The translations under genes and the position numbers were made by a program. From Laetmonice hystrix (taxonomy: Eukaryota): a stretch of DNA of 64,000 bases. The notes under the pieces are model-generated. The model did no database searches and was not told the origin of the DNA. It saw only the letters and a program-made list of their open reading frames with translations. The DNA lies in assembly GCA_965235115.1 (NCBI GenBank), contig OZ249436.1, forward strand, positions 14,262,001 to 14,326,000. The letters run 5' to 3'. Positions within the stretch are counted from its first letter, which is position 1, and each line of letters begins with the position of its first letter. Positions 62,765-64,000 of this stretch are shown one piece after another.

Positions 62765-64000
62765 ACTTACATTCTATACTACCACTACTATGCACGGCGC
62801 ACCGAAGCAGACCTGGCTGGGAGGATCCCCTTTTGTTCAAAATGAAATGAAAAAAGTTGAAAATACATTTACACGCCTTCTCCGGCCTTTTCTTTTACCG
62901 GTGCCAAATTTTATAACTTGCGAGCCTACGCATTATTAGCAGCACGTTAAGCACACATTTCACACAAAGACATCAATAACTATCCCGTCATGGGGAGACT
63001 ATACATACATTGTACGCCGGAATCATACAACTAGTCAGGTATATCACAGGAGGAGGGGGAGGAGATTTTTCAGTCGGAAACTAGGTTATTAGGGAGAAAT
63101 GTTCGGTGTGACAAAAGTGGGCACAGTGCATGGTGCATGACAGTCCGTAAATTATGAATGAAGTGGTGCCCTCGATAACGACAAAAGTGGGCTATTTTGG
63201 GACAAAAGCGGTTACCTGTGACAAAGGTGGGCATTGTGTGCGACAAAAGTGGTGACCTGTGACAAAAGCGGTAAAAATGACAAAAGTGGTTGCTACAGAC
63301 GACCTGACAACGTTGTCGGACGCTCCCAGATGGTCTGTAGGGGACACAGATTAGATGGGAGTAGATGATAGACGAAACGTATGGCCTGCCTCCTGGACAA
63401 TAAAGGCATGGAAACATTAAACATGATGCGTCCCTATACTACTGGCTACTCTTGTATACAAGCAAACGGTACAGGGAGGTCAAACAGTACAGGGATGAAT
63501 CGCTACGAGGTATAATGGCTGGCCTAGCACCCAAGCGAACACTACAGTGAGGCCAAAGAGTACAGGGAGGCCAAACAGTATACACTGTGGGGCCAAGCAG
63601 TGTGGGAGGCCAATCAGAAGAGTGAGAAATCCCTACATCTTACCGGCTGGCCTTCTAGCCATGCAAACACTACAGTGAGGTAGTGCAAATGAAAGGTACA
63701 GGCGAGGAGCATCTAATGTTAAAATCTGGAGAAGATACTCAAATGGGAAGTGTACACATCACAACCATTTATCTGTAGCGAACGTACGAGACCTATACGT
63801 TTGACAGTTATACATCTGGCCTAAGAATCATAATTTTTGGGGGCGTAGTTTCAATTTGACGTATCAAAAATGTAGCCATTTTTCGCTTATCATTGCTTTA
63901 ACCTGTCTCTCGCCTCAGAGCCACAGGTGCTGCCAGCCCGGCCAGATGTACGTGGTGATTCCACCGCTGGCCGGAAGTCGGCAGTGCAGTCGCAGCGGCC

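Larger units (their letters stand above)
61061..63297. mobile_element. 2237-bp non-autonomous DNA transposon with 121-bp TIRs (TGTAGCAACC...GGTTGCTACA) and a GACGAC target-site duplication
   Basis: TIRs at 61061-61181 and 63177-63297 are built from repeated CACTTTTGTCA-like motifs. GACGAC lies at 61055-61060 and 63298-63303, with a single GACGAC at the homologous empty site 60177-60182. No transposase ORF. Confidence 0.9.
59670..64000. repeat. 878-bp-unit tandem array: partial copy 59670-60176, full copy 60177-61054, third copy from 63298 to the window end; interrupted by a TIR element
   Basis: Near-identical blocks. The duplicated minus-strand ORFs starting at 60135 and 61013 are offset by 878, and 60177+ matches 63298+. 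Confidence 0.95.

Noticed and set aside
62271..62939. ORFs with poly-(ER) or poly-(LS)
   Set aside because: They are translations of the (CT)n microsatellite.

Overview
This is animal genomic DNA, probably from a marine invertebrate (inferred from gene structure and repeat landscape). The only well-supported gene is the 3' part of a spliced, + strand ADAMTS-like gene, most similar to THSD4/ADAMTSL6 (ADAMTSL4 and Drosophila lonely heart class). I rebuilt nine phase-consistent GT-AG coding exons between 12320 and 54889, about 798 codons. They encode the end of an ADAMTS spacer, a ~320-aa low-complexity linker, six thrombospondin type-1 repeats (TSR) and a terminal PLAC domain. Two of these exons are missing from the ORF track in their coding frame, and I found no upstream exons in the window. 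The introns hold many tandem arrays (27, 34, 41, 64, 65 and ~130 bp units, some with higher-order structure) and palindromic MITE-like elements; the longest ORFs in the track are satellite artefacts. Downstream of the gene are CTCF-like motifs and an 878-bp tandem array. That array is interrupted by a 2237-bp element with 121-bp terminal inverted repeats (TIRs), whose target-site duplication is confirmed by an empty site in the neighbouring copy. Comparing the array copies also shows TA-GGCC-TA and TA-GACTC-TA insertions at TA sites, which look like transposon excision footprints. I see no convincing new multi-gene system; the most interesting signals concern mobile DNA and repeats.
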